A stretch of 36,207 nucleotides of DNA from a bacterium (GTDB taxonomy: Bacteria > SZUA-182 > DTGQ01 > JAFGSM01), in the NCBI GenBank assembly GCA_049472355.1, contig JBLIRP010000033.1:1-36207 (forward strand), read 5' to 3'. The translations under genes were made by a program, and so were the position numbers. This document shows, piece by piece, positions 26,952 to 36,014 of this stretch (its first letter is position 1; every line of letters begins with the position of its first letter). Below the pieces are notes generated by a model that worked only from the letters and a program-made list of their open reading frames with translations, was not told the origin of the DNA and did no database searches.

Positions 26952-29236
26952 GCCTTCGGCATCGCATACGTCCTATGGTGATTGTGCAGGGCCTCTTCTT
27001 CGCCTGCGCGGTGCTGGTCATCCAGGGGTGTGCGGTCTCACACGTCCAGATGAAGGATCCCGAACAGTTTTCCCACACCTACCTTTCCGAAGAACAGGTG
27101 ACCACCTTGGTGCCTTCCAGGGGGAAAACCCTTGATGAGTATATCAGCCCTAACTTCCGGGACCCCAATATTCAGGAAACGAGGATGATCTTTCAGCAGG
27201 GATGGCATTCCTTCGAACGGAAGGAGTGGGACGAGGCCATGGGGTGGTTTGCGAAGTCGTTCAGGGAATACCCCTATCTGAAGGATTACGCGACGTTTTA
27301 CATGGCACTCTGCCTTGAAAACAAGGGGCAATACGATGATGCGATCGCCCTTCTCAACGAGATCATCACCACCTGGCCGGAGAGCATCCTGATACCCAGG
27401 GTTCAACTGAAACTGGGGGATATCCATTTCTGTGCAGGGGATTACCGGAATGCCATCGAGGCCTACAAGAAGGCATCGGAACTGCTTCCCTCCGAGAGCG
27501 TGTATAGCAGATTCCAGATCGGCATATCCTATATGGAGATGGAGGAATGGGAATCCGCCCTGGAGGGCTTCAGGTTCCTGTTGATTCATGAACCGAGCTC
27601 TGATTTCACCAAGGTGGCCCACAACTACATCCTCAGGATCCACAGGGAGAGGAATTTGGGGCCTTTCCAGCTTTCGGCCGAGGACACATTCCGGAAGGCG
27701 GAGATACTGTATAAACGTCGCTGCTACGATGCGGCAATCGAGGCATACCGGTCGGTGATCTGTGCACGGCCCCGGTTTCCCGAATACTGCAGGGCCATGT
27801 TCAAGCTGGCGCAGAGCTACAAGAGGACGGGGAGACGGGACCTTTCCATTGAAACCCTCCAGGAGATGGTGCGCACCCTGCCGGAATCCGAGTGCGTGTT
27901 CGATGCGCGGTTGTTCCTGGCGAGGATCCTGTGGAACGACCACCGAAACAGCGAGGCCCGCCGGCACCTGGACCATCTCGCCAAGGTTCGCACCTCATGG
28001 GGAAATCGTGCAGAGGTCCTTTACATCCTGGGACGCATGGCTGAGGAGGAAAATCACCTTATCGATGCGGTGGAGTACTATCAGAAGGTCCTCGACCTGG
28101 GTGCAGGGAATCCATACTATCGCAACGTGGTGTGGCGAATCGGGTGGGTCTATTATATGGGGGGATATTATCGTCATGCACTCAACCATATCGACCATCA
28201 TCTTTCCAGGGTGGACGATGTGAATTTCCGTCAGCAACTGCTCTACTGGAAGGCCCGGATTGAGGAAAAGCGGGGAAAGCCGGAGGGCGCGGTCGAGGCA
28301 TATCGCGAGATCCTCAAAGAGCCATATTGGTCGTTCTATTCGGGACTCACCGAAATATGGTTGGGGTGCCAGGACGATCCGAACAACCCGGCATGCGTTC
28401 GACCCGACCACGAGGTCGAGGAGATGGAGGAGGACCCGGCCCTGCTGCTCGACGAGCGGGAGAAGAACATTGTCAACCGGGTGATGGAGCTGTGGCTGCT
28501 GGGATTCAGGGATGATTCGATCAGGGAGATACGGCACTATGCCTATGCACAGGAAAAGGTATCACCCGAGCTCCTGTTTTGTCTGTCATCCATTGCCCAC
28601 ATGAACGGCGCCCATGATCTGGGGATACGAATCGGCATCATCCATAAGCAGCGTATGAAGTCCCAGGAAACCTCCCTGGGCAAGCCGGACGATCTCCTCA
28701 TATACCCCTTGGGGTATTCCTCTCTCGTCCAGGAAAAGGCCAGGGATTACAACATCGATCCCATCCTGGTGCTCTCCGTTATCCGCCAGGAGAGCCTGTT
28801 CGACCCCGTCGCCCTCTCCAGTTCCTCCGCCTATGGCCTGATGCAGATCATCCCTTCCACGGGGAATGCCATTGCCCGGGAACTCGGCGTGGATATCGCC
28901 TCGGACCTGGACATGCTGTTCGATCCCGAACTGAATGTCACCTTCGGATGCTTTTTTCTCAAGGGATTGCTGGACCGTTTCGACCAGAATATGGTATATG
29001 CGCTCGCCTCCTACAATGCGGGGCCGGGGGCGGTCACCAGGTGGCAGGATCGGTTCGGCCACCTCGAAGTCGATGAGTTCATCGAGAGCATTCCCTACTA
29101 TGAAACCAGGGATTACGTGAAGAGAATCATGAAAAATTACTGGATGTATAAACGGATGTATACCCCCTTGAAGGCCATCAACACCATCCACACAAAGGAG
29201 GTCGTCTGTGAGGAGGATCCACATAGCAGAAGATGA
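26948..29236 (+). CDS. slt: TPR-repeat soluble lytic transglycosylase (Slt70-like), probable lipoprotein
   Basis: ATG overlaps the nagA stop (ATGA). Lipobox-like LVIQGC, many TPR-like helices, and SLT motifs IRQES, GLMQI.PSTG, ASYNAG and IPYYETRDYV. Confidence 0.9.
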   Translation: MSLRHRIRPMVIVQGLFFACAVLVIQGCAVSHVQMKDPEQFSHTYLSEEQVTTLVPSRGKTLDEYISPNFRDPNIQETRMIFQQGWHSFERKEWDEAMGWFAKSFREYPYLKDYATFYMALCLENKGQYDDAIALLNEIITTWPESILIPRVQLKLGDIHFCAGDYRNAIEAYKKASELLPSESVYSRFQIGISYMEMEEWESALEGFRFLLIHEPSSDFTKVAHNYILRIHRERNLGPFQLSAEDTFRKAEILYKRRCYDAAIEAYRSVICARPRFPEYCRAMFKLAQSYKRTGRRDLSIETLQEMVRTLPESECVFDARLFLARILWNDHRNSEARRHLDHLAKVRTSWGNRAEVLYILGRMAEEENHLIDAVEYYQKVLDLGAGNPYYRNVVWRIGWVYYMGGYYRHALNHIDHHLSRVDDVNFRQQLLYWKARIEEKRGKPEGAVEAYREILKEPYWSFYSGLTEIWLGCQDDPNNPACVRPDHEVEEMEEDPALLLDEREKNIVNRVMELWLLGFRDDSIREIRHYAYAQEKVSPELLFCLSSIAHMNGAHDLGIRIGIIHKQRMKSQETSLGKPDDLLIYPLGYSSLVQEKARDYNIDPILVLSVIRQESLFDPVALSSSSAYGLMQIIPSTGNAIARELGVDIASDLDMLFDPELNVTFGCFFLKGLLDRFDQNMVYALASYNAGPGAVTRWQDRFGHLEVDEFIESIPYYETRDYVKRIMKNYWMYKRMYTPLKAINTIHTKEVVCEEDPHSRR

Positions 29237-29564
29237 AGTAGAAATCGCCGAATTGCTCGCACTGTTTTTCGAAAAGAGGGGATACCAGGTTTCCATCTCA
29301 AAAACAGCCGACGAGGCAATGAAGGCCATCGAGACAGAGGTGCCCGATTTCGCCATCCTTGACCTCTACCTTGAAGGGCACAAGAGCGGCCTTGAAATCC
29401 TCCGATTCATCAAGGAGAAATATCCGGCGATCAAGACCATCATTGCCTCCGGTGTACTGGACAATCCCCTGCAGGACGATCTGGAGGGGTTCAAGCCCGA
29501 CATTTACCTGAAAAAGCCCTATTCCCTCGACGAATTATCCGACTCCATCAACTCGCTCTGTTGA
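29208..29564 (+). CDS. Single-domain response regulator (CheY-like receiver)
   Basis: IAEDE, ILDLYL (phospho-Asp), SGLE, IASG and KKPY. AAGGAGG RBS before the GTG start. Confidence 0.9.
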   Translation: MRRIHIAEDEVEIAELLALFFEKRGYQVSISKTADEAMKAIETEVPDFAILDLYLEGHKSGLEILRFIKEKYPAIKTIIASGVLDNPLQDDLEGFKPDIYLKKPYSLDELSDSINSLC

Positions 29565-29899
29565 CCTGCTGCCGCAACACGCGGGTCTCTCCCGCTTTAT
29601 GCGCTTGCGCCCCTTTCCAGGAGCACTCGCCCATCATATAGGCCGCAGACCGGGCAGGGCTATCTCCCGCCATAGGTGCCCTACACTATTTTGTATTGTG
29701 TCATTTTTGGTCCGAAGTGGTGTCAGGCGAACCATAACGCGGACCTGCGCACGGTCGGAACGTCTTCCCTGCCTCCGTGAATATCCCCCCCCTCAAAGGG
29801 ACGTTTTTGCCCAATTCCTCGCTCATGAATGGCGTACCCGGCATCCAAACTGCACAATGGTCCCCCGATTTTTTGGTCTCTGCGCGTATAATTCCCCGC

Positions 29900-29931
29900 C
29901 CTTGGGGAGTGCCAGCCTTGGGGTGTGCCAG
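29900..29931. repeat. 16-bp tandem direct repeat (2 copies, 1 mismatch)
   Basis: CCTTGGGGAGTGCCAG followed by CCTTGGGGTGTGCCAG. Confidence 0.8.
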
Positions 29932-30029
29932 GACACTTTGTTGACATCCCACCGCTTGCGGAGGATGAGTCATTTCCCCGAAAAAGGGAATTGATATTGC
30001 TTAAAAGAGCCGAACAGGGGAGGGTGTCT

Positions 30030-30049
30030 TTGTATATATCACTATACAA
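30030..30049. promoter_or_regulatory. Palindromic operator candidate upstream of the KS cluster
   Basis: TTGTATA-N6-TATACAA at the start of a very AT-rich tract. Confidence 0.4.
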
Positions 30050-30355
30050 GGTATTGAATATTACTTATTTTTACTATATATTTTATTATGGACATTTTTT
30101 TCATATTATTATTTTTCATTCATCGATCGATTGCCGGAGCGGATAGTTTTCACGGTCATATCAGGGTAATGGATGATAAGGGAGCCGACCCTTTTATCCG
30201 ATATAGTATATATAGGATTATTATACCCAGGCATGTTCGGCACCTTGGATTTTCCATACGTGGGTCATTTATACATATGAATATACACGTTTACTAAACA
30301 CGAGGGTTTCTATTGCCATACAAAGTTGGCGTGAGCACATAGGGAGAATCCGTGA

Positions 30356-31096
30356 TTGTTTGATTTCAAGGAAAAGACCGTTATTGTAACCGGCGGCACC
30401 AGGGGGATCGGCAGGGGCATCTCCGAGGCATTTCTGAAAGGGGGCGCTAAGGTGATCGCCACCTACTGCTCACATGATGAAAAGGCGGAACAGTTCAGGC
30501 ATGAAAACGCCGCCTATCAAGGCAGTATCGATATCCCGAAATTCGACATCGCCGATTACCACCAGGTTGAACAGTTTTTCTCCTATGTCACCAAGACCTA
30601 TGACACCATCGATGTTTTGGTGAACAACGCCGGCATTCGCCATGATGCGCTCGTGGGGATGATGTCGAGGGAACGCTGGCAGGGGGTCATCGATGTGAAC
30701 CTTACCGGCACGTTTTATATGTGCAAATTTGCGGTGAAGAACATGCTGCAGCAACACCAGGGCAGAATCATCAACATCACCTCCCCTGTCTCACGATTCG
30801 CCTTCAAGGGGCAGGCAAACTACGCCGCATCCAAGGCCGGCCTGATCGCCATGACCGGCTCCCTGTCAAAGGAGGTTGCAGGCCACGGCATTACCGTCAA
30901 TTGCGTGTCCCCTGGGTTTGTGGCAACCGATCTTATCAATGATCTCAATGAATCGCTCCTTGAGGAATACAGAAGGATGATTCCTTTGAAACGCTTCGCA
31001 ACCCCTGAAGAGGTTGCCTATGCGGTGCTTTTTCTGGCTTCGCAGGAGGCCTCGTATATCACCGGCGCCACCCTGGACATAGACGGAGGACTGTGA
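30356..31096 (+). CDS. fabG: 3-oxoacyl-ACP reductase (FabG-like ketoreductase)
   Basis: TGGTRGIG, LVNNAGI, GQANYAASK, VNCVSPGF and YITGATLDIDGG. TTG start after GGGAGA. Confidence 0.92.
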   Translation: MFDFKEKTVIVTGGTRGIGRGISEAFLKGGAKVIATYCSHDEKAEQFRHENAAYQGSIDIPKFDIADYHQVEQFFSYVTKTYDTIDVLVNNAGIRHDALVGMMSRERWQGVIDVNLTGTFYMCKFAVKNMLQQHQGRIINITSPVSRFAFKGQANYAASKAGLIAMTGSLSKEVAGHGITVNCVSPGFVATDLINDLNESLLEEYRRMIPLKRFATPEEVAYAVLFLASQEASYITGATLDIDGGL

Positions 31097-31286
31097 GCCC
31101 GAGCTCAGTTATGGCTCATGACAATTATGGAGCTTTTGGAAATGGAGGGGTTTCATACTGCAATAAACCGGGATCATAGGTGTTTCAGCGACGTGGAAGC
31201 CTGTGTACTGTTGAGGCGGAAGTCGATCTGTATCAGTCAACCTACATCGGTGGAGCACTACGCTTACAACCCATTGGGATGATTCA

Positions 31287-32663
31287 ATGAAAACGCAGAG
31301 GAAAAAGGAACGCAGGGTTGAGCAGAAAGAGATACACTTCCGCAACCGGCGCCGATTTGACCGGCGCATGGATATCGAGGAGTTTAAAAAAATCCTCTTT
31401 GCCGCGCGGAAGGATACACCCCTTGAGGAAAGGCGTGTAGTCATTACAGGAATCGGGGTGGTGGCGCCCAATGGAACGGGGAAGGAACCGTTCTGGGACG
31501 CCCTGGCAAACGGTGTATCCGGTATCAGGCCGATTACCCTCTTTGATACCGCTGCGTACGCCTCAAAGAGGGCGGGGGAGATCACCGATTTTGATCCTGC
31601 CGAGCATCTGGGGCGAAAGGGGCTGAGGACCCTGGATCGAAGCACCCGTCTGCTTGCGGTTGCCACAAAGCTGGCCATGCACGACGCACACATAGAAATG
31701 GATGGTATAAACACCTATGATACGGGCATTGTCACGGGAACGAGCATGGGTAGCGTAAAGAGCATCAGCGATTTTGATAAGACTTCCTTGATTGAAGGGC
31801 CTTCATCCGTCAATCCCTCCCTCTTCCCCAATACCGTGATTAACAGTCCCTCCAGCCAGGTATCGATCCTCTTTGACATACGGGGGCTTAATGCCACCAT
31901 CACCAGCGGTTTCTGTTCAGCCCTTGATGCGGTTATCTATGCGCATGATTCCATCCTGCTCAATCGAGTGAATACCATTTTTACGGGAGCGGTCGAGGAA
32001 CTGTGTCATCAAACATTCCTGGGTTTTTACAAGCTCGGATGCCTTTCAAATTCGAATTCCAAAAAAAAGGGGATAGAGGAATCCATGCCCTTCGATAAAA
32101 GAAGAAACGGTGCGGTCCTGGGAGAGGGCGCAGTTTCACTGGTGCTTGAAGACCTTGATCATGCACGAAAACGAGGGGCGACAATATATGGCGAGATATT
32201 GGGTTTTTCCAGGTCTTTCGATCCCCAGGGGAAAAACACCTATAATCCCAAAGCGGAAGGCGCCATTCACGCAATGGCCAACGCTTTGCAAGAGGCAAAC
32301 CTGCAGCCGGATAGTATCGATCTTATTTGCTCATGCGCAAATTCCTCAGAAATCGGGGATACAATAGAGACCTATGCGATCAAGCAGCTATTCGGGAAGA
32401 GGGCATATGAAATTCCAGCGCCGGCAGTAAAGTCCATGCTTGGCGAAGGGTACGGGGTATCAGGCGATTTCCAGGTTCTGGCGGCACTGTTGGCCATAAA
32501 TAAAGGAATTATTCACCCAACGATCAACTATCAGGAAACCGACCCAACCTGCGATCTTGATTGTGTTCCTGACAGATTCAGGAGATCTGAAATAAACAGG
32601 GTGATGGTCAATAGCTTCAGCCCTCACGGCAATACTACCTCACTGATTCTTGGAAGGTTTTAG
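31287..32663 (+). CDS. Non-catalytic beta-ketoacyl synthase homologue (chain-length-factor-like)
   Basis: FabF fold (RVVITGIG, PFDKRRNG..LGEGA, HPTINY, NSF) but the triad is altered: TSGFCSA at the Cys site, ICSCANSS for INAHGTS, and KSMLGE for KSMLGH. Also VNPSLFPNTVIN. Confidence 0.88.
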   Translation: MKTQRKKERRVEQKEIHFRNRRRFDRRMDIEEFKKILFAARKDTPLEERRVVITGIGVVAPNGTGKEPFWDALANGVSGIRPITLFDTAAYASKRAGEITDFDPAEHLGRKGLRTLDRSTRLLAVATKLAMHDAHIEMDGINTYDTGIVTGTSMGSVKSISDFDKTSLIEGPSSVNPSLFPNTVINSPSSQVSILFDIRGLNATITSGFCSALDAVIYAHDSILLNRVNTIFTGAVEELCHQTFLGFYKLGCLSNSNSKKKGIEESMPFDKRRNGAVLGEGAVSLVLEDLDHARKRGATIYGEILGFSRSFDPQGKNTYNPKAEGAIHAMANALQEANLQPDSIDLICSCANSSEIGDTIETYAIKQLFGKRAYEIPAPAVKSMLGEGYGVSGDFQVLAALLAINKGIIHPTINYQETDPTCDLDCVPDRFRRSEINRVMVNSFSPHGNTTSLILGRF

Positions 32664-32695
32664 AAACGGAAATTCCAAAGGAGGCGAGATTTTCG

Positions 32696-32944
32696 ATGAC
32701 TGAGAAAATGGCAGATCTTACCCAACAAATACGAACCATCGTTGCGGAAATAGCCGAGATAGACGAAGAGGAGATTAAAGGGGATTCCAATTTTGTGGAA
32801 GACCTCGGTTTTGATTCCATGATGGCATTGGAGATACTGGCCAAATTGGAAAAGATATATAAGATCAGGATCCCCGAGGAAGAATTGACAAAGCTGGTTA
32901 ACTTGGATCAAACAGTGGAACTGGTACAGAGGTCCTTGAAGTGA
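32696..32944 (+). CDS. Acyl carrier protein
   Basis: 82 aa, acidic, with a DLGFDSM phosphopantetheine site. AAGGAGG upstream. Confidence 0.95.
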   Translation: MTEKMADLTQQIRTIVAEIAEIDEEEIKGDSNFVEDLGFDSMMALEILAKLEKIYKIRIPEEELTKLVNLDQTVELVQRSLK

Positions 32945-32984
32945 ATTTACCACCCGCTGATAAGGCAAAAAGGATTACCCGTTA

Positions 32985-33434
32985 ATGGTGCTAAATTTTG
33001 AACAGATAAGGAAACTGATACCCCAGCGCTTTCCTTTTTCAATGATTGATAAGGTCACCGACTATGAAGAGGGCAAGAAGATCATAGGGGTGAAGAATAT
33101 TACCGGCAATGAGGTATTTTTTCAGGGACATTTCCCCGATGAAGCCATCATGCCGGGCGCCTTGATCTTGGAGGCCATGGCGCAGACAGCGCTTGTGTAT
33201 TTTAAGCTGTCACAAAACGATACAAAGCCCCATCAGTCCTCCATCTTGTTTGCCGGGGTAAAGGCCAGATTCCTGAGGCCGGTAGTCCCCGGTGATGTTT
33301 TGAAGATAGAAATGACGCCGGTAAAAATTATACGTACCGGCGGCATCATGGAGGGCGTGGCGAAGGTTAATGATACCATCGTCACAAAAGCGGAATTGAC
33401 CTTCAGCGCTAAGGAGAAAGAGATCAGTGAGTGA
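32985..33434 (+). CDS. fabZ: 3-hydroxyacyl-ACP dehydratase (FabZ-like)
   Basis: IPQRFPF..ID, FFQGHFP...IMPGALILEAMAQ and RFLRPVVPGD. Confidence 0.93.
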   Translation: MVLNFEQIRKLIPQRFPFSMIDKVTDYEEGKKIIGVKNITGNEVFFQGHFPDEAIMPGALILEAMAQTALVYFKLSQNDTKPHQSSILFAGVKARFLRPVVPGDVLKIEMTPVKIIRTGGIMEGVAKVNDTIVTKAELTFSAKEKEISE

Positions 33435-34635
33435 TCGTGTAGTTATAACGGGCATCGGCGTGGTTTCTTCTATAGGAATCGGGAAGGAGGAGTTTTGGAG
33501 AAACCTCATTGCCGGAAAATCAGGTGTCAGTCCGGTAACAGCCTTTGATACCAAGGACTATCCTACCCACTATGGCGCGGAAGTGAAAGATTTCAATCCC
33601 GAAAAGTACCTCAGCAAAGAAGAGATTAACAGTATGGGCAGGGCCTCACAGATGGCAGTGGTTGCTGCCCGATTGGCGATAGAAGATGCAGGATTGGATT
33701 TCAACGGTGTCAAAGAAAAAAAGGTCGGTGTAGTGATTGGTACAACAATGGGAGATGGTCAACAATTAGAAAAAGTTGATAAAGTATGGGTAGAAGGTGT
33801 AGAAGACTCAATAATGGCCGATTGGTGCCTTCAATATCCTGCCAATAATATCTGCAATAGCATAGCTCATATACTAAATTTGAAAAGCGATAATTTGATG
33901 ATTCCTTGCGCTTGTGCTGCAGGGAATTACTCCATAGGGTATGCTTATGATCTTTTAAAGTTGAATAGAAACAATCTAATGCTTGCTGGGGGAGTTGATC
34001 CATTTTCACGTGTTGCTTTTTCAGGATTTAACCGTCTGCTGTCAATGGCTTCCGAAAAATGTACCCCTTTTGACAAAAATCGTGAAGGAATAATTCTTGG
34101 TGAAGGTGCAGGCATAATGGTATTGGAACCTTTAGATGCTGCATTAGAAAGAGGCGCAAATACTTATGCAGAGATAGCCGGCTATGGTTTGAGTTGTGAT
34201 GCATATCATATGACTGCACCTCAATTCGGTGGCATTGTGAGCGCAATTTTATTGGCCTTGAGAAACTCAAATGTTGGTTTGAAAGATATTAATTACATTA
34301 ATGCTCATGGTACAGGAACACCTGCAAATGATAAAACAGAATGCCTGGCATTAAAGAAGATATTTAAAGAATATTTAAAGGACATACCTGTCAGTTCAAC
34401 AAAATCTATGCTCGGACACACAATGGGAGCGGCAAGTGCGCTTGAGGCAGTTGCCTGCACTCTTGCAATTACTTATGATACAATCCCTCCTACCATTAAC
34501 TATGAAACATCAGATCCTGATTGCGATATTGATTGTGTACCAAATATGTCAAGAAAGCACAAAGTCAATTTTGCCCTTAATAATGCGTTTGCCTTTGGAG
34601 GGAATAATGCTTGTCTTATTCTTAAAAAATATTAA
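33427..34635 (+). CDS. Beta-ketoacyl-ACP synthase (FabF-type, catalytically intact)
   Basis: Cys-His-His triad intact: CACAAG, INAHGTGT, KSMLGHTMGA. Also NAFAFGGNNA. Overlaps the end of fabZ. Confidence 0.93.
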   Translation: MSDRVVITGIGVVSSIGIGKEEFWRNLIAGKSGVSPVTAFDTKDYPTHYGAEVKDFNPEKYLSKEEINSMGRASQMAVVAARLAIEDAGLDFNGVKEKKVGVVIGTTMGDGQQLEKVDKVWVEGVEDSIMADWCLQYPANNICNSIAHILNLKSDNLMIPCACAAGNYSIGYAYDLLKLNRNNLMLAGGVDPFSRVAFSGFNRLLSMASEKCTPFDKNREGIILGEGAGIMVLEPLDAALERGANTYAEIAGYGLSCDAYHMTAPQFGGIVSAILLALRNSNVGLKDINYINAHGTGTPANDKTECLALKKIFKEYLKDIPVSSTKSMLGHTMGAASALEAVACTLAITYDTIPPTINYETSDPDCDIDCVPNMSRKHKVNFALNNAFAFGGNNACLILKKY

Positions 34636-34684
34636 AATATGAATAATCTGTTTCGATTATTGAGTGATTAAGTCTCTGGTATTG

Positions 34685-34712
34685 TTTGGCATTTGTAATT
34701 TGGTATTTGGAA
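34685..34712. repeat. Degenerate heptamer tandem repeat (TTTGNNA x4)
   Basis: TTTGGCA TTTGTAA TTTGGTA TTTGGAA between the KS and reductase genes. Confidence 0.7.
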
Positions 34713-34725
34713 TTGAGAGACACCT

Positions 34726-35997
34726 ATGGATAAAAAGTACACAATTTTTCTCACCGGCGCTACCGGCCTATTAGGCAGTTATTTACTAAAGCTCTTCCTG
34801 GGAAATGACCACAAGGTCTATGTGCTGGCCCGGAGCAAAAAAGATAAAAGCGCCAAAGAGCGGGTTTACGACTATGTCCGCTTCTGGGATGAATCCCCCT
34901 TACCACCTTTTTTAGCTTATCATTGCGAGCAAAGCGAAGCAATCTCTGAAAATGCCTCTACCTCTCGGAGAGGGCAGGGAGAGGGTTCCTTTTCGTCATT
35001 CGCCGGCTCGACCGGGGAATCCAGAATTTGCTATACCGAAAAACGAAACGGGCCTCGTAGCAGACAAACCAAAAGCGAGAGTACCAAAGGTACCAAAGAA
35101 CACCTCCTCACCATCGTAGAAGGCGACATCACTTTTCCTCAGCTTGGCATCAAATCCAAAAAATTACAGGATGAACTAACCTCTGAAATTGAAGTTATAT
35201 ACCACAGCGCCGCCCTGGCTAAACTACGCGCCCCCTGGGATATAATTTATAAAATAAATGTGGAAGGTACCAAAAATGTTTTTGACTTCGCACTGCAGTG
35301 CCAGAAGAAAGGTAATCTAAAAAAAGTGAACCATATCAGCACCGCCTACGTGGCAGGTACTGCTGGTGATATAGACTTTACAGAGGATATGTTTGATTTA
35401 GGTCAGGGATTCAACAATGTCTATGAACAGACCAAATACGAGGCAGAGTGCCTTGTCAGGGAATTTCAAAAAACAAACGCCATCCCCATAGCTATTTTTC
35501 GTCCCAGCCTTGTTATGGGAGATTCAAAGGAGGGGAAAACCACAGACTTTCATCTCTTCTACGAGCCCCTGCGCTTTTTCAACCAAGAACTATTTAATGA
35601 ATTCCCAATTGATAGAAACCTCAATGAGAATCTAATAAACATAGATACCGTTGGTAATGCTATGTATTTACTTGGAGAGGACATTGATGATTCTGTTTAC
35701 CATATAACATCCCCTGAAAATACTAATGTAGGATTTTTTATGGATCTGGCCTCTGAATATTTTGGTTTTAAGCTGCCTAGATTGATTGAGCTAAATAAGT
35801 TTTCCTTTGATAACTGGACTCCTGTACAAAAGGTGCTTGCTGAACCATTTATACCTTATTTTAATTATAAGACAAGATTTATCTCAGAGAAAACACAAAG
35901 TATACTTAAAAAAAAAGACTTTTTGTGTCCCAAAATCGATGGCCAAAATTTTACAGAGATTTTTGCATATTGTAGGAAAAGAGACTTTATTTCATAA
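34726..35997 (+). CDS. Extended SDR of the thioester reductase/fatty acyl reductase (male-sterility, NAD_binding_4) type, with an internal insertion
   Basis: IFLTGATGLLG, VEGDI...LG, IYHSAA, INVEGT, HISTAYVAG, YEQTK (YxxxK) and FRPSLVMGDS. Confidence 0.88.
   Translation: MDKKYTIFLTGATGLLGSYLLKLFLGNDHKVYVLARSKKDKSAKERVYDYVRFWDESPLPPFLAYHCEQSEAISENASTSRRGQGEGSFSSFAGSTGESRICYTEKRNGPRSRQTKSESTKGTKEHLLTIVEGDITFPQLGIKSKKLQDELTSEIEVIYHSAALAKLRAPWDIIYKINVEGTKNVFDFALQCQKKGNLKKVNHISTAYVAGTAGDIDFTEDMFDLGQGFNNVYEQTKYEAECLVREFQKTNAIPIAIFRPSLVMGDSKEGKTTDFHLFYEPLRFFNQELFNEFPIDRNLNENLINIDTVGNAMYLLGEDIDDSVYHITSPENTNVGFFMDLASEYFGFKLPRLIELNKFSFDNWTPVQKVLAEPFIPYFNYKTRFISEKTQSILKKKDFLCPKIDGQNFTEIFAYCRKRDFIS
34892..35024 (+). 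repeat. Cluster of REP/RPE-like palindromic repeat modules inside the reductase CDS
   Basis: AATCCCCCTTACCACCTTTT; TATCATTGCGAGCAAAGCGAAGCAATCT; CCTCTACCTCTCGGAGAGGGCAGGGAGAGGG; CGTCATTCGCCGGCTCGACCGGGGAATCCAG. Confidence 0.65.
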
Positions 35998-36014
35998 CTT
36001 TTGAGAAAGCAATT

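Noticed and set aside
29900..29931. CIRCE operator, sigma54 promoter or CRISPR repeat
   Set aside because: Only a CIRCE-like half site with no inverted partner, no TTGC -12 element at the right spacing, and the two units are adjacent with no spacer.
29599..30297. Short ORFs in the boundary region
   Set aside because: Mutually overlapping, atypical composition, and no motifs or RBS.
31118..31282. 54-aa ORF (MTIMELLEMEGFHT...) between fabG and the dead KS
   Set aside because: No clear RBS, and the faint resemblance to a receiver-domain helix is too short to support a call.
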